NCBI GenBank assembly: GCA_030295235.1 | Contig: AP026123.1 | Span: forward strand, 2,108,001-2,172,000 | Direction of reading: 5' to 3' | Origin: Fistulifera solaris | Lineage: Eukaryota | Length of the DNA: 64,000 bases | Shown here: positions 49,870 to 61,952 of the stretch, piece after piece | Numbering within the stretch: position 1 is the first letter of the stretch | Layout of the letters: the number at the start of each line of letters is the position of its first letter | Notes under the pieces: model-generated | What the model was told of the DNA's origin: nothing | Database searches by the model: none | The model's input: only the letters and a program-made list of their open reading frames with translations | Translations under genes and position numbers: made by a program

Positions 49870-50444
49870 ATGACGCTACTTGTATCGCTATGCCGCGCAA
49901 ATCAGGGAATTCTGAAACAAAAATGGGATTGATGGAAGCCTTGTTGCGCCATCACGGTCCTGCGACGGCCCACAACATTTATCAAACAACGTGTCCAATC
50001 GTTAAAGCCAGCATCGGTCAACATATTCGGCATAGTATGGACCATATAGAGCATGCTGTCCGGGCAGCACTGGATCCGGAACACGAACTGCATTACGATC
50101 GGAGAGAACGAGGAGGAGCGGATGAGAATCAGTGGGATGCAGCTCACGATCGGTTGCACAAAATCGCTAATCTGATTGACAATCTGAGTTCGACGGCATC
50201 CGATTCCGTCACAGAACATCCCGTTGGGGCATTGTTTATGCTGTCGGGAGACACCGACACCGAGTTTCGATTACACTCAACGCTAGCACGCGAACTGGGT
50301 TTCGCTGCTCATCATGCGATTCATCATTTGGCCATGGTAAAAATCATTGCCACCAACGAAGTCGGAAAGTTGAAAGAAAGCGATCTCCCACCTGATTTTG
50401 GCCGGGCGCCGAGTACTGTGAACTATGATCATTCTTTGAAATAA
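49870..50444 (+). CDS. DinB/YfiT-like four-helix putative metalloenzyme
   Basis: 'SIGQHIRH', 'YDRRER', 'RELGFAAHHAIHH'. True ATG probably 49870 (MTLLVSLCRANQGILKQK) with an A-run frameshift about 49920. Confidence 0.8.
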
Positions 50445-51070
50445 ATGATCAATAAGCATCTCTGTCAAGGAAAGATTCATCTCAAGTTTTCAGTAAAAAG
50501 AATGGACCATTTCTCGTATCTCATCCAACATTCAAGGCTTTCCAGAGAATGCTTTGCTCTGATATCGGAAACTGAAAAGGAGTTTCAGCACGACTTGAAT
50601 GGGCGCAACGAAGTGTATAATATAACCGGTTCCTTTTTGGGATATGCTTGCTCATAAACATGCTGTTTCTTTGCACAGTCGATACAAGACACATTTCTCT
50701 AGAGTGACAAGGAGATTTATCTTTAGTCGAATCTGCCCCTTCGTTAGTTTAGATCGATAGAGCCACTGCCGTTTTGCCTCTATGGCCTGAAGAGGGCGTT
50801 GTCACCAGTACGACATGACGTGAATCAGTCGTCCATCCTTCACCCGGAAACGGTGACGTGGGTGGGCCGTGGGCCGACATCAAACTTGAATGAACAAAAA
50901 AATTGGCGGATAACGCGATGGCGATGGCGATAGCATGTTAGCAATCTCCTTCATCAGAAGACAGCTAGCTTTTCATTATCAAGAGCCTTCGGAATCGGAA
51001 TATCGGCTGACACGGATCAGCCATTAATCAAACTCAAACTTGGCTGTCATTCCAGCGCTTCTTCGTCATC

Positions 51071-51793
51071 ATGTTCGTGCAAAAGTTGCTCTGGTCACAA
51101 ATCCTGATTCTGCTCGGATCATCGGTCGAGTCGTTCGTGGTTGCCGGTGGCTCGACACGAAGTGTAGTACTTCATGAAACCGCAGCATCCACAAATAGCG
51201 TCTTAAATCCGGCCTACGAAATAGAGAAGTTACCCATGCGCATCGGTCACGGCTTTGACATTCATCGGATGGCACCGATCGCCGAGGCGGGTCAACCCAT
51301 TGTGATTGCCGGTGTACAAATTACGCACACGCCAGATCAAAAGTGGGTGGATGTCGAAGGAAAATATACCGATACACCGGGTGCTATATTCCCGACCGAA
51401 TTGGGCGTGGTGGCTCATTCCGATGGGGATGTCGTCTATCATTCCATCGTGGATGCCATTTTGGGGGCTCTCACCTTACCCGACATCGGTCAAGTCTTCC
51501 CGGATACGGACGCTCGGTGGAAAGGTTGCGATTCTAGCAAGTTCATGGAAGAGGCTTACCGTATCATGAATGAATATGGATATAGTTTAGGCAATGTCGA
51601 TGTTACTCTGATATTGGAAAGACCCAAAGTGGCGTCGTTCAAACCAGCTATGAAAGAAAACATTGTGCGACTTTTGCACACGACACCCGGTCGAGTCAAC
51701 ATCAAAGCTCGCACACATGAGCGAGTGGATTCCGTGGGTGAGCTTCGGAGTCTTGCCTGTCACGTGGTGTTGACACTAGTTCGTAATGACTAA
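51071..51793 (+). CDS. ispF: Plastid 2-C-methyl-D-erythritol 2,4-cyclodiphosphate synthase (MEP pathway)
   Basis: 'MRIGHGFDIH', 'HSDGDV', 'DIGQVFPD', 'NIKARTHE'. Bipartite presequence 'VES-FV'. Confidence 0.96.
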   Translation: MFVQKLLWSQILILLGSSVESFVVAGGSTRSVVLHETAASTNSVLNPAYEIEKLPMRIGHGFDIHRMAPIAEAGQPIVIAGVQITHTPDQKWVDVEGKYTDTPGAIFPTELGVVAHSDGDVVYHSIVDAILGALTLPDIGQVFPDTDARWKGCDSSKFMEEAYRIMNEYGYSLGNVDVTLILERPKVASFKPAMKENIVRLLHTTPGRVNIKARTHERVDSVGELRSLACHVVLTLVRND

Positions 51794-52017
51794 GTATTTT
51801 ATCAATTACAAAGCATCCTAAATATATTTACGAGCTCACGTTGTACGAGCTGCTTTTAACCCATCGACTTCGTCTCGAACCGTACTATAACTCAGTTACA
51901 TGAAATTACAGAGCCACTGCTTAGCTGGTTTTATTGTTGCAGTGAAACGTTCACCGAATAGCTAAATATTGACGAGTTGACTCTCGAGACTCTTTTTTAG
52001 AAAGATGCAAACGACCG

Positions 52018-53351
52018 TCATGGCGATGTTTCATCATTCTGTACAGACGAAGGCAAGTTTCCATACACGCGGTCCCAGAGTTCGTTGAGCATGTGCATGC
52101 AGGCACTATTGTTGGCGACCCAGACGAGAAATTTGGCCGCCTGCGTGGGAGTCAAAATACTGCGCACATTGTCAAACTCCGTTTCCAAGTCATCTCCCGT
52201 TTGCGCCAAGCGGTTGCGCAATTCTCCCAATACGCCGAGCGCGGTTTCGAGGCAACCGTCCAGCTCTTGTGCGACATACCGACTATCTTTCAAAGCAGCC
52301 GCCTGCTCGGGAGTGACTTCAAGATAATTTACTAGGTATTGAAAGAGTGCTTTGGGGTCCATCTTGTTCGGGTTGGGACTGCCGTTTGTATCCGCGGCGA
52401 TGGCGGATTGAGATGAGGGACCTGTCGGGCGAGGAATAGTAGGAGAAGCCACCGGTAAGGGCGACGATGATAAGCCGGATTCTTGGACGTTGGCAGAACG
52501 CGCTGCTGTATTTGCTACACCCAATTTGTTCGTTCCTGCCGTAGACTCCATAGTAATACCCCGACTCACTTTCGTTTCCTCTGTAGGTGCTGTTTCCGGA
52601 ACATTCTGTGCAGCTCCGCCCTGCATCGCCTGCAACACTAACGATGTCGTTTGCGTAGGCATTAAAAGTCGCTCAATATTTTTCAAATGAAATTCAATGG
52701 CAGACCGTCGCGACTTGCCATAATCGGCGTGTTTCTCTTTAAATTCCTCTAATTGTGCGTAAATATCCGCTTCCGAAGCCCCCGACTTTAACAAATCGTC
52801 AATGTCCTGTGTCAGCTTTTCTTGATCCCGCAGTCGACTATCTTCCGCTTCCTCCCCAATTTGCAACTGCAGCCGCAATCGGAGATTCTCTCCCTCCAGC
52901 ACATTGATTTGTCGTTCCAAATTTTCCGTGGCTTCGCGTTTGCGTCGACGACATTCTCGAGCCGAAAGTCGGTTCTTTCCAAGCGTCGCAATTTCTTTTC
53001 ACTCAACATTTTACCGTCCTTGGCGTGCGTTAACAATGTCCTCTTACTTCCCGACGGACGGATCGATTGCTTTTGTGAGTCATCTTTGGAGTCGTCTCCT
53101 TCGTCGTCTTCCGAGTAGTCGCTGCTTTTGTGTCCTGACAAAGAAGACGATGATTTTATTAGCGGTTGTAGCTCTTCTTTCGGAAGGGATGTAGTTGATT
53201 GGGTGTTCAAATTTGTAGAGAGTTGCTCTACTGGAGCCGGCGACTTCGCCTCATGCGGACGAACCGAAGCGGACGCAGTTTCAAGGCCTAATGTTGTCGA
53301 CTGCATCTTTCCTGTCGATGAAGCCGTTGTGGTAGTAGCAACCGCTGACAT
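52018..53351 (-). CDS. bZIP transcription factor with helical C-terminal domain
   Basis: Restoring one A near 52977 gives the basic region 'RRLEKNRLSARECRRRKR', followed by zipper 'INVLEGENLRLRLQL'. Confidence 0.88.
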
Positions 53352-53894
53352 TGTATAATAAGATATAATATTTCAATTAAACGAGTCGATGAAAGACAGG
53401 CTTGGCTTTCTCAAGCAAACGAATAGTTGCAATTGATGATATTTTGGTTGGGGATCAAAATGAGAAAGCGGTGTTTGCTTTTTGAAGTGGTGAAGCTCCG
53501 TGATGTGCAGTGTGCAGACTTACAGTAGGCAAGGTACAGTACTGTACGTGAAAAACTTGAAGTGAAGCCTCCCATTTTTCATTCGGAGGAAGGACGGGTG
53601 GTCCACACTTCAATGCTACAGTGTATCAGGTACCGCTTCCTGTCTTTTCTAAGTGTAAGGAGTACCGGTCTATTAACTATAAACTATGTAATTAGTTTTG
53701 GATTATATGCAGTTTACCAACGGACAGCGACCGGTCACGCGCTCGCTTCCTCCCGCCACAAAAAAATGCCGCCATCGAAAGGAAAGAAACGATCGAATGA
53801 CGAGGAAGTCAATACATGTCGCGTCGTTTGACTTCTCTTACATAGAGAGGTTGATAAAACAAACCATTTCTTCTTCATAACTCACCCCCACACA

Positions 53895-56800
53895 ATGTCC
53901 GACTCGAGTAGTATATTAGAAAAGATTCAGTTGCTGCGCAATTTCTGCGGCGACGCGTGGAATGACGCCGATTACACGGATTGTTTGCGACAAAACGGCT
54001 ACAATGTCGAACAAGCGGCGGAATGTTTAGTGACGGGTCGATATACGTCAAAAAGCAACCATCCGATCAATTTGTCGAGTCCTCTGCCGAAGAAGAAAAA
54101 AGCTCCGGCTTCGAAGGAACGCAGTAAAGTCGCTTCCGTCCAGCCACGCAAATCGCCGCCCCGCATGTCAGGAAATTGGATGCTGTTGTGCAATCGCTGG
54201 ATATCCAACGCCATCAACACGGCTCGGAACGGACAAACGGGCTATCAAGAGAATGTGACTATATCGGCTTCACCGAACAAGATGGATTTGCGCTATCAAG
54301 GGGACCGCGCCGAGGGAAAAATGCCGGAGGATTTGACACAAATTCTAGTTCCTTTGTTGCGTGAAAATTGGATCCGAGCGGAAGGGAAATTTCTCATGGC
54401 GGAAAAGAATTTACCCATTGGGGCACACGTGCCTTTGACGGTCCAGATATTCGTGGATGTCGATCGTTTTTTCGCTGTTTTTGATGGGCACGAAGAGACC
54501 GCCTTGCCGGCGTTTGCCGCGAAACAACGACAGGCCAAGCCGACGTCTTGGCTTTCATCTGCCGCGTTCGGCTTATTGCAGTGGGCTGAACACGGAAATA
54601 CACCGGATTTTTCTAGAATGGCCGAGGAAGTGGAAGAAGGGGCCGAATGGAATGAAGCAGACGAAGACGACGATGAAGCCGACGATCGATCTACCGCCGA
54701 AGTCACTTCGGATACCGGTTTGAATTTAGAGGAAGCGGAACAACCAGAAGGTTTCACGAACGTTACTTTGCGACCTTATCAAAAACAAGCCCTGCATTGG
54801 ATGTGGCAACGCGAGACGGCCTCCGAAACACAAGAGGAAGTTCAAGGACGCTTGGAACTGCTTTCCGAAATGGCGGGTGTCACGAAAAAGAATAAAATGG
54901 AAATTATGGACAGTAAGGAAAATATTGTGTGTGACTGTGGACCGGTTCAAGTGGCTCCTGAATTCCGCCCTTCAGTAATACACCATCCATTGTGGTCGTG
55001 CCGGTTTTTGGCATCGCCCGACATGACCGAAGTCAAGCCTTTTTACGTCCACGAACTTTTGGGTGTGGCGTCCATTACACCTCCACGGCCCCCGCGACCC
55101 TGCTCGGGAGGCATTCTGGCGGATGCTATGGGACTCGGAAAAACTGTCATGCTCCTTGCTTTGCTTTTGAAGGGCAAGCAAGAGCGTAACGAAAAGGGCA
55201 CAACAATCGTTGTGGCAAAGCTGTCGTTGCTACCACAGTGGGAGCAAGAGATCAAAACAAAGACTGGTTTAACACCTCTAGTCTACTATGGATCAAGCGG
55301 CCGTATTGGCGCGTCGGACTTTGAGGAAGTGGATGTCGTCGTGACGACGTATGGCACGTTGCAAGCGGAGGTTCGTAATCCCCAGTCGGCCATCCTCTCG
55401 TTCCAATGGCAACGTGTGATACTCGATGAGGCGCACTGTATTCGAAACTCTGGCACGGTAGTCTCGAAAGCTTGTTGTCAACTTCAAGCTCCTCATCGTT
55501 GGTGTGTAACAGGCACTGTAATTCAAAATTCTCTCGAAGATGTTTACGGAATGATGAAGTTCCTGAGACACGAGCCTTGGTGCATTGCAACATTCTGGAA
55601 AGCCGCTATTACAAACGCCACTAGCGCCAATACCGAGAATCCGACGGATGGGGCCAGTTTGGCTCTAGATCGAGTACGTCACTTGTTGGGACCAATTTTG
55701 TTGCGACGAACAAAAGACTCGGTAGCACTAGACGGTAACCCGATTTTGACGTTGCCACCAAAAGATACTAAGACGATCCGCTTGGACTTGACGGATAGCG
55801 AAAGAGAGTTTTACCAGGCAATCTTAGCACGTTCTCAGGCCATTTTTGAGGGCTTTATTCACGACGGAAAAGCCGCAACCTCTTACATGCAAATTTTTGG
55901 CATGTTGCAGCGGCTTCGACAAGTTTGTGACCACATTGGTCTTACAGTGCAGTCACGATTTCGTAGCGAAGAGAAGAAGTCGAAGAAAGCACCTGTCGAC
56001 GATGGCGAAATCCCAGATTCCAACGAAGACGCTTTGGGAAAAGATTTTTGAATGGACTTCTAAACAAGTTCTGCTCAAAGCAACATTCGAGCCGCAAACA
56101 AAAAGGTGAACATGAAAATAATGAATCCCCGAAGAAACCAAGACTCGACGAAAATTACCTCTCTCAAGTCACTACGCAGTTGAGCAAGATAGTCGCCGAC
56201 AAAAATGCAACGCATTTGAACGAAGAGTGCTCCATTTGCCTCGAGGCTCCTAAGGTGGAAGACACAGTTCTCACGCCGTGTGCCCATATCTTTGCCGAGC
56301 ATGTTTGGTAGGATCTCTCCAACGTGTAACGAACGAAAATAACAAAAATCACTCCTCGCATCCCGCTTCCCAATGTCCTGACGGTGAATGCCCAAATTGC
56401 AGTGAACCCGTCAGTGCTCAGTATATTGTCGCGCTGACTAGACTCGAAGATGGCACTGTTTCAAGCAGATTTTTATTCGAAGCAGCTTCAAACAAACCAA
56501 GCGTTGCGGTGACGGCTATTACGCCTTCATGGAAGCAACAAGAGGAGACTACAATGGCTGCACGTCAGATTCTCACAAATGCCATAGACAGAACCGAAAG
56601 CTCAAAAATACGCGCGATCATGGATGAGTTGAACAACATTTGGCAGCTAGATCCTGGATCGAAAGTTCTAGCATTTTCGCACTACCTCGGTTTCCTTGAC
56701 TTGCTAGAAATTCAGTTCCGTTCTGTTGGGATCGGTAAGTCCAGGTCATGTTTCCACGTCTCTGGATCAATTCTGACATTTGTTTTCTTGTGTAGGATAT

Positions 56801-57292
56801 TATCGACTAGATGGAAGCTTGTCACTCAAAGAGCGTATGGCTGTTCTAGAAGCATTTGCCACCGCGCAAGGCAAAGGAAACAAGGGCGTAGTGCTTCTTA
56901 TGTCTATGATGGCCGGCGCGGAAGGATTAAACCTGGTTTCGGCTTCTTCTTGCTTGATATGCGATCCTTGGTGGAATCAGGCCAAAGAAGACCAGTGTAA
57001 GTATGCTTAATGAATCAGATTCGACCTGAAAAGCTGTTTGATGTTCCTCAGTTTCTTACATCGTTTTACTCTAGGTATCAATCGCATTCACAGAATCGGT
57101 CAACAGGCTAAAGTGGTTCGTATTCGACGCTTCATTGTAAACGACAGTGTTGAAGAGCGCATCTTAGAGTTGCAAAACCGCAAAAAATTTATTGCCGACG
57201 AAATCTACAACTCTCAAAAGCGAGGTGATGCAGTGGGAGGTGGGACCGCCCGTCTCGGATTGGATGATTTCAAGCTAATTTTCCGACGTTAA
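53895..57292 (+). CDS. RAD5: Rad5/HLTF-like SNF2 helicase with RING finger
   Basis: 'GGILADAMGLGKT', 'ILDEAH', RING 'CSICLE...PCAHIFC', 'YRLDG', 'AEGLNL', 'RIHRIGQ'. Introns 56735-56795 and 56997-57074. Frameshifts about 56045 and 56293. Confidence 0.92.
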
Positions 57293-57393
57293 GTAGTCTA
57301 GAATAGCAGTAATCTTAAGTAGAACAATCTCATTACCACTTATCAATTGATACAATTACTACGAATGGCTTCGAACTCCCTCAAGCGATACGA

Positions 57394-57999
57394 TTAGGAA
57401 GCAGCGGAGCACATGTCTGCTGCTTGCTCAAATTGACTCGCAATCTTTTGCAGATCCGCCAGTCGATCCTCCGCAATACGAGATTGTTCTTGACGGCGTG
57501 CCTCTAGTTCAGCAATCTTTGTTTCCTCATCCGCGATCTGCTGTAAAAGAAGATCTCTCTCTTTGGCCAAGGAGTCGACCGTTGCGTACGTGACCAAGTC
57601 GCCCGGAGCTCCTTTTGTGGCAAACAAAGCACTCGTCACGGCGTTGCGAGCTGTATCTTTATCCCAGTTTTCAATCTTTTGCTCCTTTTCGTCCTTCTTT
57701 TCGAGTCGTCGGATAATGTTGTCTAATTTGGTAAGGAGCTCTTCGACCTTTCGTTCCTTGAGTTCATCTTTGATTTTCTCCAAGACGTTTTCGTGCACGC
57801 CATCTAACATGTTCCCAAACAGAGAAAATAGAGTATTGATGTCTCCTTCTACGGCAAAGATGGATAAATCGTCCCCGTAACAGTCTTGCAGCATTTCCTT
57901 TACTTTGAGTTGAGCTCGAGAATGTACGAGTGCTTTCTCCTGCACTTTTAGGAGGCGATGAAAGCGCTCAGAGCGATTTTCCGTGCTATTGCTCGACAT
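57394..57999 (-). CDS. Nnf1/PMF1-like Mis12-complex kinetochore protein
   Basis: 201 aa. 'RFHRL...AL...DCY...ERKVEELLTKLD' fits the Nnf1 pattern, followed by a C-terminal coiled coil (by eye). Confidence 0.65.
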   Translation of the reverse strand: MSSNSTENRSERFHRLLKVQEKALVHSRAQLKVKEMLQDCYGDDLSIFAVEGDINTLFSLFGNMLDGVHENVLEKIKDELKERKVEELLTKLDNIIRRLEKKDEKEQKIENWDKDTARNAVTSALFATKGAPGDLVTYATVDSLAKERDLLLQQIADEETKIAELEARRQEQSRIAEDRLADLQKIASQFEQAADMCSAAS

Positions 58000-58380
58000 G
58001 ACTGATGTAACTACAACAGATGTTCTATAATACGCTCAATGATTCAGTTTTCGATGGAAGACCGATGTCATTTTTTGTGCGCGTTTGCGACGACAACGGC
58101 TTTCTTGCATTATTTTTTGAGAGGTGCGCGAGAGCGTGCCTGCTTCTTGTATTTGCTATGTAAAAATATTGTTCCCTAAGTATATCTGCAACCGGTTTTG
58201 ACTCCTGGTAACGGAATCCCTGAACTTGGTTTATATTTAAAGGTCCAAGTACCGCAACTTTTCTAAACCGGCACTGGTTTTTAAAAGTAAATCGGATGCC
58301 TTTTTCATGCCAGCCTTTTTCTTTTCGAAAAGATCTCACGGAAACACAACATCAACCGAGCATTTCTTTCTACTGGTATC

Positions 58381-59759
58381 ATGCCGAGACATGACTTTCA
58401 ACCACCAGGAGCATTCTTCCAAAATATCAACAGCCTGATACATGAAGAACCATTCGGATCCATTCTGTATTGTGTGTACTGGAGCGTGGTCATCGGTGTA
58501 TGCAGTCCCATTGCGATCTTGTTGTTGCAGCTTCGCCTGCTGTTCCGATTGCTGGGTTGGGTTTGGGAAAGCGTGTGTCAATACTCCTCCTGTGACCCAA
58601 AACGACATCCCACACGAGAACTAGCCGTAGTCATTACAGGATGTGACACAGGGTTCGGTAGAGATGTGGCGCTGCGCGCGGCGGAAGCAGGGTACACTGT
58701 CTTTGCGGGGTGTCTGAAGGACGAATCAGTGACAGAGCTGAACCAGTTATCCAGCAACATCAATTCTTTTACAATGAATGTAACGATTGATGTGCATGTT
58801 GAAAAAGCCGTTCATATAGTGTCACAGTGGCTCGATGAAACGACGACGCAACAACGCATCCTGCATGCACTGGTGAACATGGCCGGGGTTGGTTTTTGCG
58901 GAAATGTTGACTTTATGCCTCTGAACCTCTTTCAAACAAGTATGGATGGTAGGTAAATTCCTAGTGAGGAATGTGTGAAGTCGCCTGAATCCTTTGCTCA
59001 CTTGTTGCGTAATGCATCAGTGAATTTCTTTGGAACTGTTCGGTGTTGCAAAGCTTTCCTCCCTATTTTCAAGTCACAAGCGACGAGCAATACTTACAAC
59101 GATGCTAGGTTCGTATACTGATGTCGAGGATCATGCACAGTAGTCGTACATAGACTCTAGTTTCTTACACAACTCGGACGATACAGGATTTTGAATATGG
59201 TGAGCATGGCGGGCCTGGTACCGACATCGGTGGGCACTTCGGCCTATGCTGCTTCGAAATACGCAGTGCAGGGGTTCTCTACAGCCTTTCGACTGGAAGC
59301 AATGGGTTTTGGCATACAAGTAGCAACCATCAACCCGTCGTTTCATGAGACGAATATCGTGACGGGGCTCAGCACGCAAGTGGAAAAGCTTTGTGCAGAC
59401 TTACCGGGTGCGAAACGAGAAGAATACGGTGAAGGTAGGTTGAAAGATCTGTTTTCTTTCGTGAAATTACATCGTATTATTACTCTCAATCTGTTGCAGA
59501 GTATCTCGAGTGGCTTTTGACACAAACACGGATCCCTCTATTAATATCATGGAGAGCCGAAAATGTAGTCCAGCAGACCATGAATTGCTTGGTGAACCGA
59601 ACGATTCCCAGTGAAGTTGTGGTGGGATCGGATGCCAAGTTTGTGCTGGTCACTCTTCGCATCTTTCCCGCTTGGTTTCGTGACATTTTGTTCGGGATCG
59701 ACAGTCTACGGTACGCGGTTCCGGCTTCCATGAGGAGAAGGAAAGCGAAGAGTGATTGA
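58381..59759 (+). CDS. Membrane-anchored SDR (17-beta-HSD/RDH/BDH1-like)
   Basis: 'VITGCDTGFG', 'LVNMAG', 'YAASK'. Introns 58949-59020, 59109-59186 and 59435-59499 give a continuous frame. Confidence 0.9.
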
Positions 59760-60114
59760 ATGATGGTAATGAAGTATTTTGTATTTGTAGTTTGTTTTAA
59801 CGGAGTACGAGTTTATTTGATAGAACGTTCACAATGTACGGTAGCGGTAGCGAGTTGTGATTGCATTGGGCGACACCGTGAATGTGACGTCACACAGGAC
59901 TCCCCAGTCAGACGTGTTTCGTGTCAGTGATGCCTGTGTTTTTTGTACACTTTGGCCGAGACGCATCATCGCGCATCGGTTGACACTTGACACCACCCAC
60001 GAACTCTTTTTTTTCTTTCGCGGGCGCAAAAAGCACCGGTTTCGTTACCATCCAAACTGGTTCTCGTCGGATTATTGTTATCATCTTCAGCTTTAACATC
60101 TGGAAAGATCTATC

Positions 60115-61746
60115 ATGATTGAATTTCGCTCGGAAAGTGTGCACGTGTGCGTTTTGGGGCCATCAAATGCGGCAACGAAAGAGCTCTTAACACCCGATGC
60201 CCTCCGTTTCGTCGGACTCCTCTGCAGTCAGTTTGAACCTCGTCGTCAGGCTTTGTTGGCAGCCCGCAAGACCCGAGCGGTCGAATTTGATGCCGGTGAA
60301 GTCCCTCATTTCATCGAGAATAGTGTTGCCGCGCGCGATCTTTCTTGGCGTTGTGCCCCCGTTCCTGAGGACGTTCAAGACCGTCGTGTCGAAATTACCG
60401 GCCCCGTCGACCGTAAAATGGTCATTAACGGCTTGAATAGCGGTGCCTGTGTCTACATGGCCGACTTTGAAGATTCGACGAGTCCCACCTGGACCAATGT
60501 GACGGAAGGTCAGCTCAATCTTCGTGATGCGGTGCGTCGTACCATCTCCTTCACCAACGGTGCCAACGGTAAGGTCTACACGCTGAACGATCAAATCGCG
60601 ACGTTGTTCGTTCGACCGCGTGGGTGGCATCTGGATGAAGCCCATGTTCTCGTGAACGGTAAAGTCGCTTCCGGTTCAATCTTTGATTTCGCGCTCTACC
60701 TGTTTCACAATCACGTCGAGCTGCAGAAGAATGGTTCTCGTCCGTATTACTATCTCCCCAAGCTCGAGTCACATCGCGAAGCTGCGCTTTGGAACGATGT
60801 GTTTGTGGCGGCCCAGCAGTATTTGGGACTGGCCATGGGTACCGTGCGGGCTACCATCTTGCTCGAAACCATCACGGCGGCGTTTGAAATTGAAGAGATT
60901 CTGTACGAGATTCGTGATCACTCTTTGGGCCTTAACTGTGGTCGTTGGGACTATCTTTTCTCCTTCATCAAGAAGTTCAAGTACCACGGAGATAAATTGA
61001 CGCCGGATCGGAGTCATTTGACCATGACAACTCCTCTCATGGGAGCCTACGTGAAGCGTCTCATTCATTTGTGTCACAAGCGAGGAACGTTTGCGATGGG
61101 TGGAATGAGTGCCGCCATTCCCATCAAGAACGACGAAGAAGCCAATCGTGTGGCCATGGGCAAGGTAGAAGACGATAAATTGCGTGAAGTTCGCGCCGGT
61201 CATGACGGAACATGGGTGGCTCATCCCGCTCTGGTGACGGTGGCCCTTCGTGTGTTCAATGAACACATGCGCACTCCGAATCAGATCACCAGTAATCCGG
61301 GTACGGCTGGATCGGCGGTTCCCGAATCGGAACTTTTACGCTTGCCCCAAATTCCTCGTGGTCAAGCCATTACGAGCAAGCACTTGTCGCATGGCATTGG
61401 AATTGTGTTGGCGTACACGGAAGCCTGGTTGCGAGGCATTGGATGCATTCCGTTGCACAACGCCATGGAAGATGCCGCCACGGCCGAAATCAGTCGTGCC
61501 CAGATCTGGCAATGGCGCGTCCAAGGGACCTCGACACAAGACGACGGACAGCTCATCACGTCTCAACGCATTGCCGACTTGATTGGTCAAGAAGTTGCAC
61601 GTCATTCGGGAGGCAAGTGGAACCTGGCGGGTCGGTTGGTCGAAGAGATGCTGACCAAGAGCGAATTGGATGACTTTCTGACTTCGGTGTGTTACCCTTA
61701 CATCATCACGGCTCACGAGAGCAATGGAACTGCGGCTCGGTTGTAA
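60115..61746 (+). CDS. aceB: Malate synthase A, peroxisomal (PTS1 -ARL)
   Basis: 'DRRVEITGP', 'MADFEDS', 'VRPRGWH', 'LNCGRWDY', 'GHDGTWVAHP', 'MEDAATAEISR'. Confidence 0.97.
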   Translation: MIEFRSESVHVCVLGPSNAATKELLTPDALRFVGLLCSQFEPRRQALLAARKTRAVEFDAGEVPHFIENSVAARDLSWRCAPVPEDVQDRRVEITGPVDRKMVINGLNSGACVYMADFEDSTSPTWTNVTEGQLNLRDAVRRTISFTNGANGKVYTLNDQIATLFVRPRGWHLDEAHVLVNGKVASGSIFDFALYLFHNHVELQKNGSRPYYYLPKLESHREAALWNDVFVAAQQYLGLAMGTVRATILLETITAAFEIEEILYEIRDHSLGLNCGRWDYLFSFIKKFKYHGDKLTPDRSHLTMTTPLMGAYVKRLIHLCHKRGTFAMGGMSAAIPIKNDEEANRVAMGKVEDDKLREVRAGHDGTWVAHPALVTVALRVFNEHMRTPNQITSNPGTAGSAVPESELLRLPQIPRGQAITSKHLSHGIGIVLAYTEAWLRGIGCIPLHNAMEDAATAEISRAQIWQWRVQGTSTQDDGQLITSQRIADLIGQEVARHSGGKWNLAGRLVEEMLTKSELDDFLTSVCYPYIITAHESNGTAARL

Positions 61747-61952
61747 TGTCTTTTAGCGGTGCATGGGTAATTTTCTTGACAGAATAGCAAATCAACTACT
61801 GTTCATGATAAGAAATTCAACTTATGATAGAAATGCAAGTGAAAAGATATTCATATCGTAATGACGCTACTCACTTCTCTTTCACAATAGCCACATGAAT
61901 TCTACTACCCTTCATCAAGTAGGAAATATCGGAAAAACCATCCCACAAATCA

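Noticed and set aside
12255..57292. Calling the frameshifted housekeeping genes pseudogenes or programmed frameshifts
   Set aside because: Breaks fall in homopolymers and catalytic motifs are intact, so sequencing error is more parsimonious.
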